Assembly (NCBI GenBank): GCA_003650925.1
Contig: QMSP01000007.1
Span: 475 to 64,474 of the forward strand
DNA length: 64,000 nt
Direction of reading: 5' to 3'
From: Thermoprotei archaeon
Lineage (GTDB): Archaea; Thermoproteota; Thermoprotei; QMSL01
Position 1 is the first letter of the stretch. Every line of letters starts with the position of its first letter. The notes under the pieces are model-generated. The model made no database searches. It had not been told where the DNA came from and saw only the letters and a program-made list of their open reading frames with translations. Position numbers and translations under genes: made by a program. Positions 20,211-30,747 of the stretch are shown in pieces.

Positions 20211-21011
20211 ATGAGGCTGGCTGTGTCTACATGGTCACTATCATATATGAGCCTGGATGAGGCCATAAGAACCATCAAGCGCTTAGGAGTGGACGTTGTT
20301 GAAATTCTCTTGGATGAACCTCATCTAAGGCCCGCTGACATGAGCAGCAAGATGCTCCTCAGAGTCAAGGAACTTGTCAATAGCACGGGTCTAGAGGTGA
20401 TAATCCATGCCCCCTTCCTAAACCTTAATATTGCTTCAGCTGATGAAACAAAGAGATCCTATTCAAGTAATCTATACAAGAGAGCCCTAGAGGTCGCCTA
20501 CACTCTAGAGGCTGAGCTCATCACCTTTCACCCAGGCTATCCTGACTTTCCTGGCATATATGAGCAGAGCTTGCTCCTCTCCATAAATACTATGACCAAA
20601 ATACTGGACATGGCCTCTCAACTTGGAGTGAATGTGGCCATAGAGAACATGATAGATACCAAAAGAGAGATCCTCTGTGTTACAGCTGAGGACACGTTGA
20701 TGTATTTGAACTCCTTAGGAGATAGAGTCCTTTTAACCCTTGACCTTGGTCATGCTCACATAGCTAGAGAGCTATACAACTTCATACGAAAGCTCTCTGA
20801 CGTCATAGTCAATGTCCATATCCACGATAACGATGGAGCATACGACCAGCATCTACCTCTTGGCATGGGCACATTAAACTACAGTGCAGCCTTGAGCTCT
20901 CTTCTGAAACATGCTAAAGGTCTTAGGTACCTCACCATAGAGACCACGCCTAGGATAGGTGAGGAAGGCGTGGTGATGACTATTAAGAGGCTGGAGGAAT
21001 TGATATACTGA
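20211..21011 (+). CDS. Sugar-phosphate isomerase/AP endonuclease 2 TIM-barrel protein
   Basis: HAPF, IENM, DLGHA, HIHDN.G..DQHLPLG. Confidence 0.85.
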   Translation: MRLAVSTWSLSYMSLDEAIRTIKRLGVDVVEILLDEPHLRPADMSSKMLLRVKELVNSTGLEVIIHAPFLNLNIASADETKRSYSSNLYKRALEVAYTLEAELITFHPGYPDFPGIYEQSLLLSINTMTKILDMASQLGVNVAIENMIDTKREILCVTAEDTLMYLNSLGDRVLLTLDLGHAHIARELYNFIRKLSDVIVNVHIHDNDGAYDQHLPLGMGTLNYSAALSSLLKHAKGLRYLTIETTPRIGEEGVVMTIKRLEELIY

Positions 21012-21020
21012 GGGGCCATT

Positions 21021-21854
21021 ATGTCGTCTAAAGAATTCGTGCCTGAAGTGCCAATGATAGCCATACTGGGCAGGAAGGCATCAGGGAAAACTAGGCTAAT
21101 AGAGCTGTTGACAAAGGAGCTATCAAGGCAGGGCTTTAAGGTCATGTCCTGCAAACACATAGCATGTAGTGATTTTGACTTTGATAGACAAGGCACTGAC
21201 ACTTGGAGACTATACTCAAGTGGCTCTTATGCCGTACTGGCCTACTACGATGAGAAGCTTGTCATGTTCATGAAGATGAGCTCTAGCCCTCTTGAAGTAA
21301 TATCATCTCTAGCGAGCTTTATTCAAGCCGATGTAGTATTCCTCGAGGGATTCTCCAGGTACATAGCAGAGAATGAACTAGTCCCTAAGCTCATCTGTAT
21401 CAAAGAGCTTGAAGATATAGCTGTCTATAAAGACGTGAAGAAGATCATGGCCTTTTGCTACATGGGGATGAAGTCCATAAAGCATGAGCTCTCATCTGAC
21501 ATATGCATTCTCCATATACCTGTCCAGATGAGGGCGTTATTGAGCATGGTGCAGGGATATATAAGAGAATGGAAGGAGGTTATTAGGCTCTTTTCACAGC
21601 TACCTCAGGCTAACTGTGGCCAATGTAGCCCTGGTCTCTGTATAGAGCTTGCTAAAATGATAGTAAAAGGCAGAGCTTCTCTTAAGGACTGTAGAATGCT
21701 GCATCAGGATAGGCTAGTCTTGGTTCACAGAGGTAGAAGAGTTCCTTTAAATAAGTTCGTTGAAGAGCTAATGTTTGATACCGTCACTGCCATGCTTAGA
21801 AACCTTAAATACGTTGGTAAGGAGATCAATAGGATAAGGATCGAGTCATGGTAA
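21021..21854 (+). CDS. mobB: MobB with C-terminal Fe-S domain
   Basis: GRKASGKT, KH..DFDRQGTDTWR, EGF, LPQANCGQC....C. Confidence 0.8.
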   Translation: MSSKEFVPEVPMIAILGRKASGKTRLIELLTKELSRQGFKVMSCKHIACSDFDFDRQGTDTWRLYSSGSYAVLAYYDEKLVMFMKMSSSPLEVISSLASFIQADVVFLEGFSRYIAENELVPKLICIKELEDIAVYKDVKKIMAFCYMGMKSIKHELSSDICILHIPVQMRALLSMVQGYIREWKEVIRLFSQLPQANCGQCSPGLCIELAKMIVKGRASLKDCRMLHQDRLVLVHRGRRVPLNKFVEELMFDTVTAMLRNLKYVGKEINRIRIESW

Positions 21855-21923
21855 TATGAGCTAGGTATTTTACATGTAAGCTTCTTATATTACATTCATC
21901 TCAGTCTCTCCGAGGGTGTTTGA

Positions 21924-22622
21924 TTGAAGTCAAACTCTGCCATCAACGCCCTCCTCAGGCCTAAGATCAACCTGGTAAGCCTAATGGTCGTGATCACAAC
22001 ATGGGCCCTACTAGCCCTAAGCCTATGTCTTCCCTGGTATGTAGTGAGGTCTATCAATGGCCTATACCTGCTATTTCCATGGGGATACGCAAAGGTTCGA
22101 AGATTATCAGTATTTCCGCTACTCAATGGCAACATAGTTGAGATGGCGTTCATTCTTGATAGCCTCTCAGCAAAAGTACTCCTAAGCACCATCAGCATCA
22201 TAGTCTCAACCATGGCCAGGATAGCGTCCAAATCAGAATCCAAGATGGCAAAGCTACTGATAGCCTTGACCTTAGGCTCGTCTGGAATCCTCTTGTTGGC
22301 ATCAGCCATAGCCTTTCAGTATGAAGTCATCCTCAGATACTACTTCATATCATCAAGTGTTGACCTATACTACGGGCTTGTACTAGCATATGCTCTCGCC
22401 ATAGCGCTTCTCCTTCAGGCTCTCAAGATACCTGAGAACATGATCATATACGAGCTAGTGCCCATTGAAGAAGTTGCACGCAGTGACATTGTCAGGCCTA
22501 AGCTGATGACTTATCTAAAGGCAGTCGCCACAGCCTTGGTGATAATTTATAATATCCTGTATAGAATATTATCCCCTGGTGTACCAATCCATGATAGAGC
22601 TCATGACTGGACGAAGACCTGA
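21924..22622 (+). CDS. Hypothetical membrane protein
   Basis: 4-5 hydrophobic helices. Confidence 0.6.
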   Translation: MKSNSAINALLRPKINLVSLMVVITTWALLALSLCLPWYVVRSINGLYLLFPWGYAKVRRLSVFPLLNGNIVEMAFILDSLSAKVLLSTISIIVSTMARIASKSESKMAKLLIALTLGSSGILLLASAIAFQYEVILRYYFISSSVDLYYGLVLAYALAIALLLQALKIPENMIIYELVPIEEVARSDIVRPKLMTYLKAVATALVIIYNILYRILSPGVPIHDRAHDWTKT

Positions 22623-22824
22623 CCCCCAGGGCTACTACATGGTTCTCATGCCTAAGGAAGGTCTAGGAGAGCTCTATGAGCTGATAAGGAGATATGAAGG
22701 CCTGGGCGTTATAGTGGAGGACTGGGGTGAGCATGTAGTTCTCAAGAGTAGGTCAAGGAGTATCCTCAAGAAGTTCCTCAAGGAGGCTAAGATGAGAGGC
22801 GCTGTGATTAAGGGCGAGATATGA
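22579..22824 (+). CDS. Small hypothetical protein
   Basis: ORF with host-like composition, coupled to the upstream gene. Confidence 0.55.
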   Translation: MYQSMIELMTGRRPDPQGYYMVLMPKEGLGELYELIRRYEGLGVIVEDWGEHVVLKSRSRSILKKFLKEAKMRGAVIKGEI

Positions 22825-23701
22825 CTAGCTTGGCCACGAGGTCTCCTTTCTTGACTCCTAGACTTTCAGCTACTGGATTACACTTAGCTATTAGAAGGAA
22901 GGCTACAGGCTTTGAGATCTTCTTTTCAGCTATATATTCCGATAACATCTCGTAGTTGCCTAGACCTTTTGCTATTATGAGGTCACACCTGGCTATCTCC
23001 TCTAGCACCTCATCAGGAGCCCATTCCAGCACAAGACCTGAAGCTCCTGAGCCTGAGCCTAAGACTCTATCTGCTACTTCACTCAACCCTATCTCGGTAG
23101 CATCCTTAAGCGTTACATCATTTTGAAAGGGATAGCTCTTCACTATAGCCGTAATCTCAGGCCCTAACTCCCTTATCTCGCTCATGAGCAGTTTGTCAAA
23201 TATCACTTCTCCAGCATTATCACACAAGTAGACAATTCTTCTACTCCTCTTAATCAAGTCTACTATGAGGCTTCTATCATCCTTCGAGAGTTGTGCCTCC
23301 TTCAAATATGTGAGCCAGTTTCTAGGGTCGAAGTCGTAGTCAGCTATCCCTACGTCCACAGCATTTCCAGCAATGGCTATTCTTATCAATTCCTTAATCC
23401 TCTCCACTACCTCCTTGCTCTCAAGCTTCCTCTCTATAGTCCTGCTCAGTCTCATAGCTACTTCATTACTCAACTTCTTGTATTCCTCGTACGGATCATC
23501 AACTCCAGTCACTTCTCTTATGTACTTGAAGGTGTGAGCAGCTACAACTGGACCCAACAAACCCTCTTCTAGCCCTCTTCTAACTATATCGACTACCTTC
23601 AGCATCGCTCTCATCATTGCTTTCTCATCCTTCATAAGCATGTTTAGATCTCTTAGCCTCACCTCTATCAAGCATGGTATACACTCTGGTTTAGGCTTCA
23701 T
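22808..23701 (-). CDS. ARMT1/DUF89 damage-control phosphatase
   Basis: CIPC, AIAGNAVD, DNAGE, NDVT, KGLGNYE, AKC. Confidence 0.9.
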   Translation of the reverse strand: MKPKPECIPCLIEVRLRDLNMLMKDEKAMMRAMLKVVDIVRRGLEEGLLGPVVAAHTFKYIREVTGVDDPYEEYKKLSNEVAMRLSRTIERKLESKEVVERIKELIRIAIAGNAVDVGIADYDFDPRNWLTYLKEAQLSKDDRSLIVDLIKRSRRIVYLCDNAGEVIFDKLLMSEIRELGPEITAIVKSYPFQNDVTLKDATEIGLSEVADRVLGSGSGASGLVLEWAPDEVLEEIARCDLIIAKGLGNYEMLSEYIAEKKISKPVAFLLIAKCNPVAESLGVKKGDLVAKLVISRP

Positions 23702-23753
23702 CAGGAAGCCCTTAATAGAAATTCAAGTTTATATTGCTAACGGTAGATGAGGC

Positions 23754-24281
23754 TTGCCCTTTAGGTCATGTAGGATTGTGCTCATGGCTCACTGCATCCT
23801 CAACTCAAATACTCGCGCACAAGGCCTTGTCGTAGACAGCAAGCTCAGAGGGGGGGCCTATATGCTTGTATCTGAGGTCCTTCGCCTAGGATATGGGATA
23901 GAACAGCTTCCATGTCCAGAGCTAGCCTTAGAAGGCCTTTTTAGAAGGCCTATGACGAAGAAAGACTATGAGCTAAGAGGCCTAAGAGAAGTTTGCACTA
24001 AGCTCTTAAGAGGTCTCGTAGATAACAGCTTAAAGCCTCTAGTCAGAGACAGCATTAAGGTCACTGCCTTCATAGGTGTAGCGGGCTCACCAAGTTGTGG
24101 CGTGAGATATACTCACATAGATAATCCTTTGTCGAGGCAAAAAGGTATGGGGATCTTCACAGAGGAGCTAGTCAAGGCTCTCCAAAGGCTAGGGATAAAG
24201 CCTTTGCTTCTAGAATGGGACTTCAGAAGGCCTTATGAAAGCACTGAGGAGGTGATACAGGTCCTTGAAAGAGTTTTATAG
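23754..24281 (+). CDS. DUF523/2-thiouracil desulfurase-family Fe-S protein
   Basis: HCILN, QLPCPE, GSPSCG, GIF. Confidence 0.8.
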   Translation: MPFRSCRIVLMAHCILNSNTRAQGLVVDSKLRGGAYMLVSEVLRLGYGIEQLPCPELALEGLFRRPMTKKDYELRGLREVCTKLLRGLVDNSLKPLVRDSIKVTAFIGVAGSPSCGVRYTHIDNPLSRQKGMGIFTEELVKALQRLGIKPLLLEWDFRRPYESTEEVIQVLERVL

Positions 24282-24882
24282 GAGAAGAGCTGTAGTATTT
24301 GATGTTGATGGTACTCTTGTGGACCTTAAGGTTGACAAGAACGCCTACAACAGAGTAGTATCTGAGATGATAAACTATGCCATAAATCTAGAAATGCCAA
24401 TACATGTAATACCCGAGAAGGCGAGTATCTCGAGTCTGTGGAGATCCATACTAAGCTGGTGTTGGCTCCATAGGAGAGACTCTATACTAACTATCATGAA
24501 GTCCTTAAACGCCATAATACTAAAGGCTGAGCAGAAATGGGCTACTAATGTAAAACCCATAGACAAGACCATAGCCCTTCTCAAGAAGCTCATTGAGAGA
24601 GAGTCATCTATTCTAGGCATATTTACCATAGGCAGTCATAAAGCAACTGCACTAAAGCTAAGGAGAGTTGGTCTGAATCACAGTATCTTCAAGGCGATAG
24701 TCTCAAGAGAGCTTGTGCTATTTAGAATAAAGCCTGATCCTTATCATCTAGCGGTAACTCTTAGAATGATGAACATCAAGCCTGAGGAGGCCATTGTAGT
24801 AGGCGACTCCAAAGCAGATATGTTCAGCGCAGAAAGTCTAGGATGCGAGTACATTGATGTGTCCTCACTCATCCAGAGATAG
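24265..24882 (+). CDS. HAD-superfamily hydrolase
   Basis: FDVDGTL, KPDP, VGDS..D. Confidence 0.8.
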   Translation: MKEFYRRRAVVFDVDGTLVDLKVDKNAYNRVVSEMINYAINLEMPIHVIPEKASISSLWRSILSWCWLHRRDSILTIMKSLNAIILKAEQKWATNVKPIDKTIALLKKLIERESSILGIFTIGSHKATALKLRRVGLNHSIFKAIVSRELVLFRIKPDPYHLAVTLRMMNIKPEEAIVVGDSKADMFSAESLGCEYIDVSSLIQR

Positions 24883-25701
24883 TCTTGTACAAATCTCAGG
24901 CGTCTCTCCAATCAGAGCCCTATAGACGTAGTCCTCTCTAAGGCCATTGATAAAGAGTACTTCAATCCCCTTTTCCACAGCTCTGAAAGCCTCCATAGCC
25001 TTGCCTAGTATTCCCTTGGTGACATCAGGATATTGACATCTAAGCTTTATCCTCCTTAGATCATGGGGTTTCACTACGCTCAAAAGCCTTGCCTCAGGAT
25101 CTAGTAATGGATCACTAGTGAAGATGCCATCAACCTCCATGGCAAATATCAACCTCTTAGCCTTTAATTTTATGGCAAGCTCAGTGGCTATGTAGTCTCC
25201 TGAGACTATCCTAAAGCCTCTATCAGAGTCGAGGACTACATCACCGTGAAGTAGAGGTACCAGACCCAGGTCTAGAGCCTTCACTACTAAGTCAAGAGGT
25301 ACTGGCAGACCCTCGCTAGATGCTAGAGCAAAGGACATCGGATGTAGGGGTATAGCCTTGGTGCCAGAGCTCTTCAACTCCTTTAGTAGCTCTATAGTGA
25401 GGGTCTCTACAGCTATCTTAGTTACAGTAACTCCTTCAAGCTGATGAGGCTCCTTAAAGCCCTCATCGAGCCTATACATTTTCGCCTGAGGATGCCCAAA
25501 GGAACCAGCGCCATGCACCAGAATCAGCCTAACCTCATTGATAGCTCTTGATATCTCCTTACACAACCTCCTCACTACATCTCTTCTCATAACCATGGGC
25601 TTGCTTTTATCAGTAATTAGAGAACCACCCAGCTTAAGGACTACTAGAGGCCGTTCTCTGGAGCTTTTAAGGTTTCTACTCTTCCTATCATCAAGGCTCA
25701 A
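24865..25701 (-). CDS. ipk: Isopentenyl phosphate kinase
   Basis: LKLGGSLITDK, HGAGSFGH, HGDVV, SGD, DVTKG. Confidence 0.88.
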   Translation of the reverse strand: MSLDDRKSRNLKSSRERPLVVLKLGGSLITDKSKPMVMRRDVVRRLCKEISRAINEVRLILVHGAGSFGHPQAKMYRLDEGFKEPHQLEGVTVTKIAVETLTIELLKELKSSGTKAIPLHPMSFALASSEGLPVPLDLVVKALDLGLVPLLHGDVVLDSDRGFRIVSGDYIATELAIKLKAKRLIFAMEVDGIFTSDPLLDPEARLLSVVKPHDLRRIKLRCQYPDVTKGILGKAMEAFRAVEKGIEVLFINGLREDYVYRALIGETPEICTRLSLDE

Positions 25702-25954
25702 TACAGACCCTCCTGATCATGATTTTGACAGAAGGTTCTATGCTCTTTATGGTATCAGCTATTCTCTCTATGTTCTCATCTAGAGCATAGAGGTATGCTT
25801 TGTTTAGTCTAGGCTCCAGAAGCACTATAGCAAGGAGTTTCCTTCCATCACCTACAAGATACTCATAGGCATGCATCCTGACGTAGAAGCCCTTTTCTCG
25901 TAAAGCCTTCGCTAGCTTCCATCTGCCATGATGATTTAATAGGAGATTCCACAC
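25691..25954 (-). CDS. Hypothetical protein
   Basis: ORF overlapping the ipk start. Confidence 0.6.
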   Translation of the reverse strand: MWNLLLNHHGRWKLAKALREKGFYVRMHAYEYLVGDGRKLLAIVLLEPRLNKAYLYALDENIERIADTIKSIEPSVKIMIRRVCIEP

Positions 25955-26001
25955 GTGTGTAATAAATCGAACTCAGCTTATTATCCTAGCGGGGAGAGAA
26001 C

Positions 26002-26790
26002 TTGACCATAGTATCGCCTGACCTAGTCGAAAAGCATGTAGCGAAAGATGAACTGCTTGAGCAGGCCTATTACATGCTTGAGGGTGATGAGGAGGTGCAG
26101 TCCCTCCTCAGAATGGCTAATGTCATGGCTGTGGGAAGGCTTAGGTATAATGATCATGGCGTTGTACACTCAAGAATAGTAGCTGGTAGTGCTCTTGAGA
26201 TGTTCGATATACTCTCGCGTTATGTCACTCCTTCAATCGTGAAAGATAGGGTAGGTACAAGACGTGAAGCCAAGCTAGTTGTGCTGCTTGGTGCTTACCT
26301 CCACGATATAGGTAATGCAATTCACAGGCAAGACCATCACATACATGGATATTACATAGCTGATCAGATTCTGCGAAGACTACTGCCAAGGATCTTTGGA
26401 TACGAAGGGAGGAGAGTTCACATGATAAGAATGGAGGTTCTGCACTGCATATACTCTCACCATGAAGAGGTACACTGCCTTAGTCTTGAGGCTGGCATTG
26501 TAAAAGTTGCAGACGGCACTGACATGGCCAAGGGCAGGGCAAGAGTGCCCTATGAGTTGGGCAAGGTTGATATTCACTCTCTATCAGCTCTAGCCATAGA
26601 TAAAGTTGAGATTGAGAGAGGAACCTCTAAGCCTGTAAGAATAGTTGTGGGAATGAGCAATGAGGCTGGAGTTTTTCAAGTTGAGGAGATCCTCGGCAGG
26701 AAGATAAAAACGTCAGGAATAGGGAGATATATAGAGGTCTTCGCCATAGGTAAGGACGGCAGATTGAGAGTTACCTATAGCTTCCAGTAG
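26002..26790 (+). CDS. HD-domain phosphohydrolase
   Basis: NDHG..H, LHDIG, ADGTDM.KGRAR. Confidence 0.88.
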   Translation: MTIVSPDLVEKHVAKDELLEQAYYMLEGDEEVQSLLRMANVMAVGRLRYNDHGVVHSRIVAGSALEMFDILSRYVTPSIVKDRVGTRREAKLVVLLGAYLHDIGNAIHRQDHHIHGYYIADQILRRLLPRIFGYEGRRVHMIRMEVLHCIYSHHEEVHCLSLEAGIVKVADGTDMAKGRARVPYELGKVDIHSLSALAIDKVEIERGTSKPVRIVVGMSNEAGVFQVEEILGRKIKTSGIGRYIEVFAIGKDGRLRVTYSFQ

Positions 26791-26806
26791 TTAGCTTTAA
26801 GCATAT

Positions 26807-28516
26807 GTGAGGGTGGAAGATATGAGCCCTGCTGTTCACTTCGTCAAACAAGCTGTGGAGCACATACTCAGGAGATTTCCATCCCTGGAGGTATACACTT
26901 GTGAGTCCGGAGTTACTCCATCAGGGAAGATACACCTAGGCAACTTCTTTGACATGTGTATTGCTGATGCCATTCGAAGAGCGCTTAAGGACGAGGGATT
27001 TAAGGCTCGCCACATACTGGTGATAGACTCAAGAGATCCATTTAGAAGAGCGCCTGAGTTCGCTCCTGAGGACTTCAAAAAAGAGGAGGAGGCCTATAGA
27101 GGGCTTCCCTTTGAGCTAGTGCCTGATCCTTGGGGCTGTCATCGTAATTATGTTGAACACTTCGTAAGGCCTCTTCTCTCCTCGCTGAAGGAATATGAAA
27201 TCATCGCAGAGGTCAAATATGCCTCTGAAATACACAGAGACCCTACCTTCGTAAAGTTGGTTCTTGACATAATTAGAAGACGTGAAGAAGCGCGTAAAGT
27301 GTTGAATGAGGTAAGGAGAAGAGCAGGCCATACAAGGCTCTATCCAGAGGGCTGGATACCTTATAGGCCTCTATGTAAAGGCTGTGGACGCATAAGTGAG
27401 GACGTTGAAGTGACAGAGCTCATAGATGACCATAGCATAGGATATAAGTGCAGAGTCTGTGGCTATGAAGGAGTAGCTGACGTTAGAAGAGGGGAAGGTA
27501 AGCCACCTTGGAGGATAGACTGGCCATTGAGATGGATCTTGTTCAACGTTAACTTCGAACCCCTTGGAAAAGACCACATGGCCAGTGGTAGTAGTTATGA
27601 CACTGCTCGAGCTCTGCTAAGGGAGCTCTATGGAAGAGAGCCTCCCGTATCCATCTTCTATGATTTCGTATTGCTCAGGACAAAGGAAGGTAAGCTTGAG
27701 AAGTTCTCAAAGAGAAAGGGCATAGGCCTTGGAGTTGACGAGTGGCTCAACTACGCCCCTCCTGAGGTATTGAAGTTCATGATATTGAGGAGAGATGTGA
27801 AGGACATTGAGAAGGAGGCTCTTCCACACTGGGAGTTTGACCCTAAGCAGATACCCAGCTATGTAGAGGAGTTTGATAAGCTTGAGGAGGCATATTTTAA
27901 CCTGGAGGCCCAGCCTCCCAGACTGAGGGATAGGATAAAACTAACTTATGAGCTTGTCATGGGTAGTCGCATTCCTCTGAAAAGGCCATCAAGGCTCTCA
28001 TACTATACAGCCATCATAATATCGCAGAGGGCAACAAGCCTAGAGGAGGGCATCGAGATTCTGAGGAAGATGAAGATATTACCAGCTGATGCAAGCAGCT
28101 ATGAAGTTGAAGATGCCATGAGGAGATTGAAGATGGCGAAAAGATGGGTCGATGACTTCGCTCCTGAGTATAAGTTCATAGTCCCTGAAGTACCTGAGGA
28201 AGCTCTAACCCTCCTTGATGAAAAGGATGCTGAAGCCCTAAAGAGGCTCTCTGATGGTCTGCTTAAAGGGGTCATAGACAAGAACACTCTAAGGGAGGCT
28301 GTATGGAACATAGCCATAGAGGTCTATGGCGACAAGAGGCTTTCCAAAAGAGTGTATAGAGCAGCATATATAGCGTTATCAGGCAAAACCTCCGGGCCTC
28401 CCCTCGTTAAGCTCATATTCGAGCTATCGAATCCCGACTTCGCTGCAGATAGGTTTAGAAAGATAAGTGAAAGAGTGCTAAAGAGGTTACATCTGAATCG
28501 TTTAAGGGAGGGGTAG
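26807..28516 (+). CDS. lysS: Lysyl-tRNA synthetase, class I
   Basis: SGVTPSGKIHLGN, GKPPWRIDWP, GKDH, KFSKRKG. Confidence 0.95.
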   Translation: MRVEDMSPAVHFVKQAVEHILRRFPSLEVYTCESGVTPSGKIHLGNFFDMCIADAIRRALKDEGFKARHILVIDSRDPFRRAPEFAPEDFKKEEEAYRGLPFELVPDPWGCHRNYVEHFVRPLLSSLKEYEIIAEVKYASEIHRDPTFVKLVLDIIRRREEARKVLNEVRRRAGHTRLYPEGWIPYRPLCKGCGRISEDVEVTELIDDHSIGYKCRVCGYEGVADVRRGEGKPPWRIDWPLRWILFNVNFEPLGKDHMASGSSYDTARALLRELYGREPPVSIFYDFVLLRTKEGKLEKFSKRKGIGLGVDEWLNYAPPEVLKFMILRRDVKDIEKEALPHWEFDPKQIPSYVEEFDKLEEAYFNLEAQPPRLRDRIKLTYELVMGSRIPLKRPSRLSYYTAIIISQRATSLEEGIEILRKMKILPADASSYEVEDAMRRLKMAKRWVDDFAPEYKFIVPEVPEEALTLLDEKDAEALKRLSDGLLKGVIDKNTLREAVWNIAIEVYGDKRLSKRVYRAAYIALSGKTSGPPLVKLIFELSNPDFAADRFRKISERVLKRLHLNRLREG

Positions 28517-28555
28517 AGAGAAAAGATTTTAATACCCTAGTATACTTCGTTTACG

Positions 28556-28993
28556 GTGTTAAACGTGGGCAGGAGAAGTTTAAGAGGAATATACCATGAG
28601 AGACTTACCAAGGAGATGAAAGCTTCAAGACCCAAAATGCTCTACGTGGTATCATATGACCTGGAGGGAAGCACGCCTGCTATGAGAATGAAGCTCTCAA
28701 GACATGTACAAGCTCTGATGGAGGTTAGTCATGAACTAGGACTAGTGTTTGAAAGAAGAAGCTGGAGCTGTTTCCTATGTGATGAGAGGACGATGCCTAT
28801 ATTTGTTGAGACCCTCAAGAGCCTTGGTTGTAAACCTGACGTTTTCCCTATAGCTCTAAACCTCACTGTGGTTGAGAGACATCTGATGGAGGCATTAAGA
28901 AGCATAAGGTCAGGCGAACTAGGAAGAGCTGAGAGACACATTGAAGCAGCGCTTAGAGAGCTTAGAGGTGAGCCATGCATAATAGAGAAGTAG
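28556..28993 (+). CDS. Hypothetical protein with Cas2/VapD-like N-terminal signature
   Basis: YVVSYDL...R..L......G......S.F. Confidence 0.5.
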   Translation: MLNVGRRSLRGIYHERLTKEMKASRPKMLYVVSYDLEGSTPAMRMKLSRHVQALMEVSHELGLVFERRSWSCFLCDERTMPIFVETLKSLGCKPDVFPIALNLTVVERHLMEALRSIRSGELGRAERHIEAALRELRGEPCIIEK

Positions 28994-30735
28994 AGAGGAT
29001 AATAGAGACAGCTGAAAGGATTTGCAGATTAGGTGAAGTTGTCGCTGGTGATGATAAAGAAGAGAAAGTCCTTGAGATAATAAGAGCTACAGCCGAGCGC
29101 TCTGACTTCTCTCTTGAGCTCAAACCTGTTCACGTTATGAGCTGGAGGGAGAAGTTCTCTAGCCTTGAAGTATGGTATGATTCACACAAGTTAGACATAC
29201 CCTGCCTTGCCCTTCCCTATTCTCCTTCTGGAGTAGTTGAAGCGCCCCTCATCTTCGTAGGCACAGGGACTGAAAAAGACTATGAAAAAGTAGTGGTAGA
29301 GGACAAGATCGCGTTGGTAGAGTGGTATAAGGAAGAGCTGGATGATGTCAAGATTCAGTACTTGAAGGCGTGTGAACATGGTGCAGCAGCTGTAGTAGTC
29401 TATGACGCATACGAGGGTGGAAAGCTGAGGAGAATTGTAGTCACTGGAGTCTATGACTATAGGTTTACACAAGCTCTTCCACCTCCAGTTCCCATAGTCT
29501 CCATAGCTAGAGAGGATGGTCTTCGCCTTGTAGATATGTTGCGCAAAGGGATAGAGCTCAAAGCTAGGCTCGAAGTTCATACTGAGGTTAGACATGATGC
29601 TGTAGGCTATAATGCTATTATGAGAATTGGGGATGGAGAGGAGAAAGTCATAGTGTCTGCTCACCACGATCATTGGCTTGAAGGAGCTGTGGACAACTGC
29701 CTAGGGCTTGCTCTTCTACTATGGCTTATGAGAGAGAAGTGGCATGATCTTCGTAGAGAACTATGGCTGGTAAGCTTCACTGCCGAGGAGTCAGGTGCTC
29801 CTAACTATGCTCCTTGGTATTGGGCATATGGGTCTAGAATGTTTCTTAAGGACCTCAAGGAATTGATAGACGAGATACTGGTCAATATCAATGTAGACGT
29901 AGTCTATGGTCATCGGGTAGGCATTGATGCTGCAGGGCCTGAGCTCGTTAAAGCTGTGGAGAGAATACTTGGAATGAGGAACTTGAGCCACATAGTGTAC
30001 TATTGTGAGCCTATGTTGCACTACTATGACAGTTTTTCATTCCTCAGAGAGGGCATCTCCACTATTACCTTGACAGGTCTTCCTCACTTCATGTCCCTAT
30101 ACCATACTAATCAAGATAAGATAGGCGTTGTGAATTATGACATGGTGAGAGCCTATGCTTCTGTACTTAAGGTACTTGTCAAGTCCTTCTGTAGCGCAGA
30201 TGCTGACCTGTGCTATGAATGGTTAATGAAAACTCTTCGAGCCATGGCACTGAATATGGGCCATGACAAGCTCCTCAAGAGGATCCTGAGCATCAACCAT
30301 CCTTCACGCTATAGCCTAGAGTCCTTGAGAAGGTTTAGGAGAAGAGTCAACACTCAGCTCATAAGGCTTGTATGCGAAGGTGATTATAGCAGCTTCGACT
30401 CAGAATTCAAGCTCTGCATGGTACCTCTATACCTGATCGTCAAGGACTATAGGAAACTTCTTAGAGCTCTAAGGTCTCTGGAAATGGAAGCTAAGGACAA
30501 AGCTTTGAAGATCCTAGAGAGCATACCTCCAGCAAGGACATTTCCAGGAGAAGAGGTCCCCTATATAGCGTTCAATGTCAAAGGAATCAGAGATATGATA
30601 GTTAAGGGCAGAATCCATGAGGCTAAAGAGGAGCTTAAGAGAGTAGTTGATAAGGCTAAGGGGGTCATCCATAGTGAGCTTCAAAAACTAGACGAGCAGA
30701 TGTATATCATCATAAGGGAAACGCTTAGTGAATAG
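28975..30735 (+). CDS. M28 family peptidase with PA domain
   Basis: SAHHDHW, GAVDN, FTAEE, NVD, YHT..D. Confidence 0.85.
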   Translation: MHNREVERIIETAERICRLGEVVAGDDKEEKVLEIIRATAERSDFSLELKPVHVMSWREKFSSLEVWYDSHKLDIPCLALPYSPSGVVEAPLIFVGTGTEKDYEKVVVEDKIALVEWYKEELDDVKIQYLKACEHGAAAVVVYDAYEGGKLRRIVVTGVYDYRFTQALPPPVPIVSIAREDGLRLVDMLRKGIELKARLEVHTEVRHDAVGYNAIMRIGDGEEKVIVSAHHDHWLEGAVDNCLGLALLLWLMREKWHDLRRELWLVSFTAEESGAPNYAPWYWAYGSRMFLKDLKELIDEILVNINVDVVYGHRVGIDAAGPELVKAVERILGMRNLSHIVYYCEPMLHYYDSFSFLREGISTITLTGLPHFMSLYHTNQDKIGVVNYDMVRAYASVLKVLVKSFCSADADLCYEWLMKTLRAMALNMGHDKLLKRILSINHPSRYSLESLRRFRRRVNTQLIRLVCEGDYSSFDSEFKLCMVPLYLIVKDYRKLLRALRSLEMEAKDKALKILESIPPARTFPGEEVPYIAFNVKGIRDMIVKGRIHEAKEELKRVVDKAKGVIHSELQKLDEQMYIIIRETLSE

Positions 30736-30747
30736 CCTGTATAGTAC

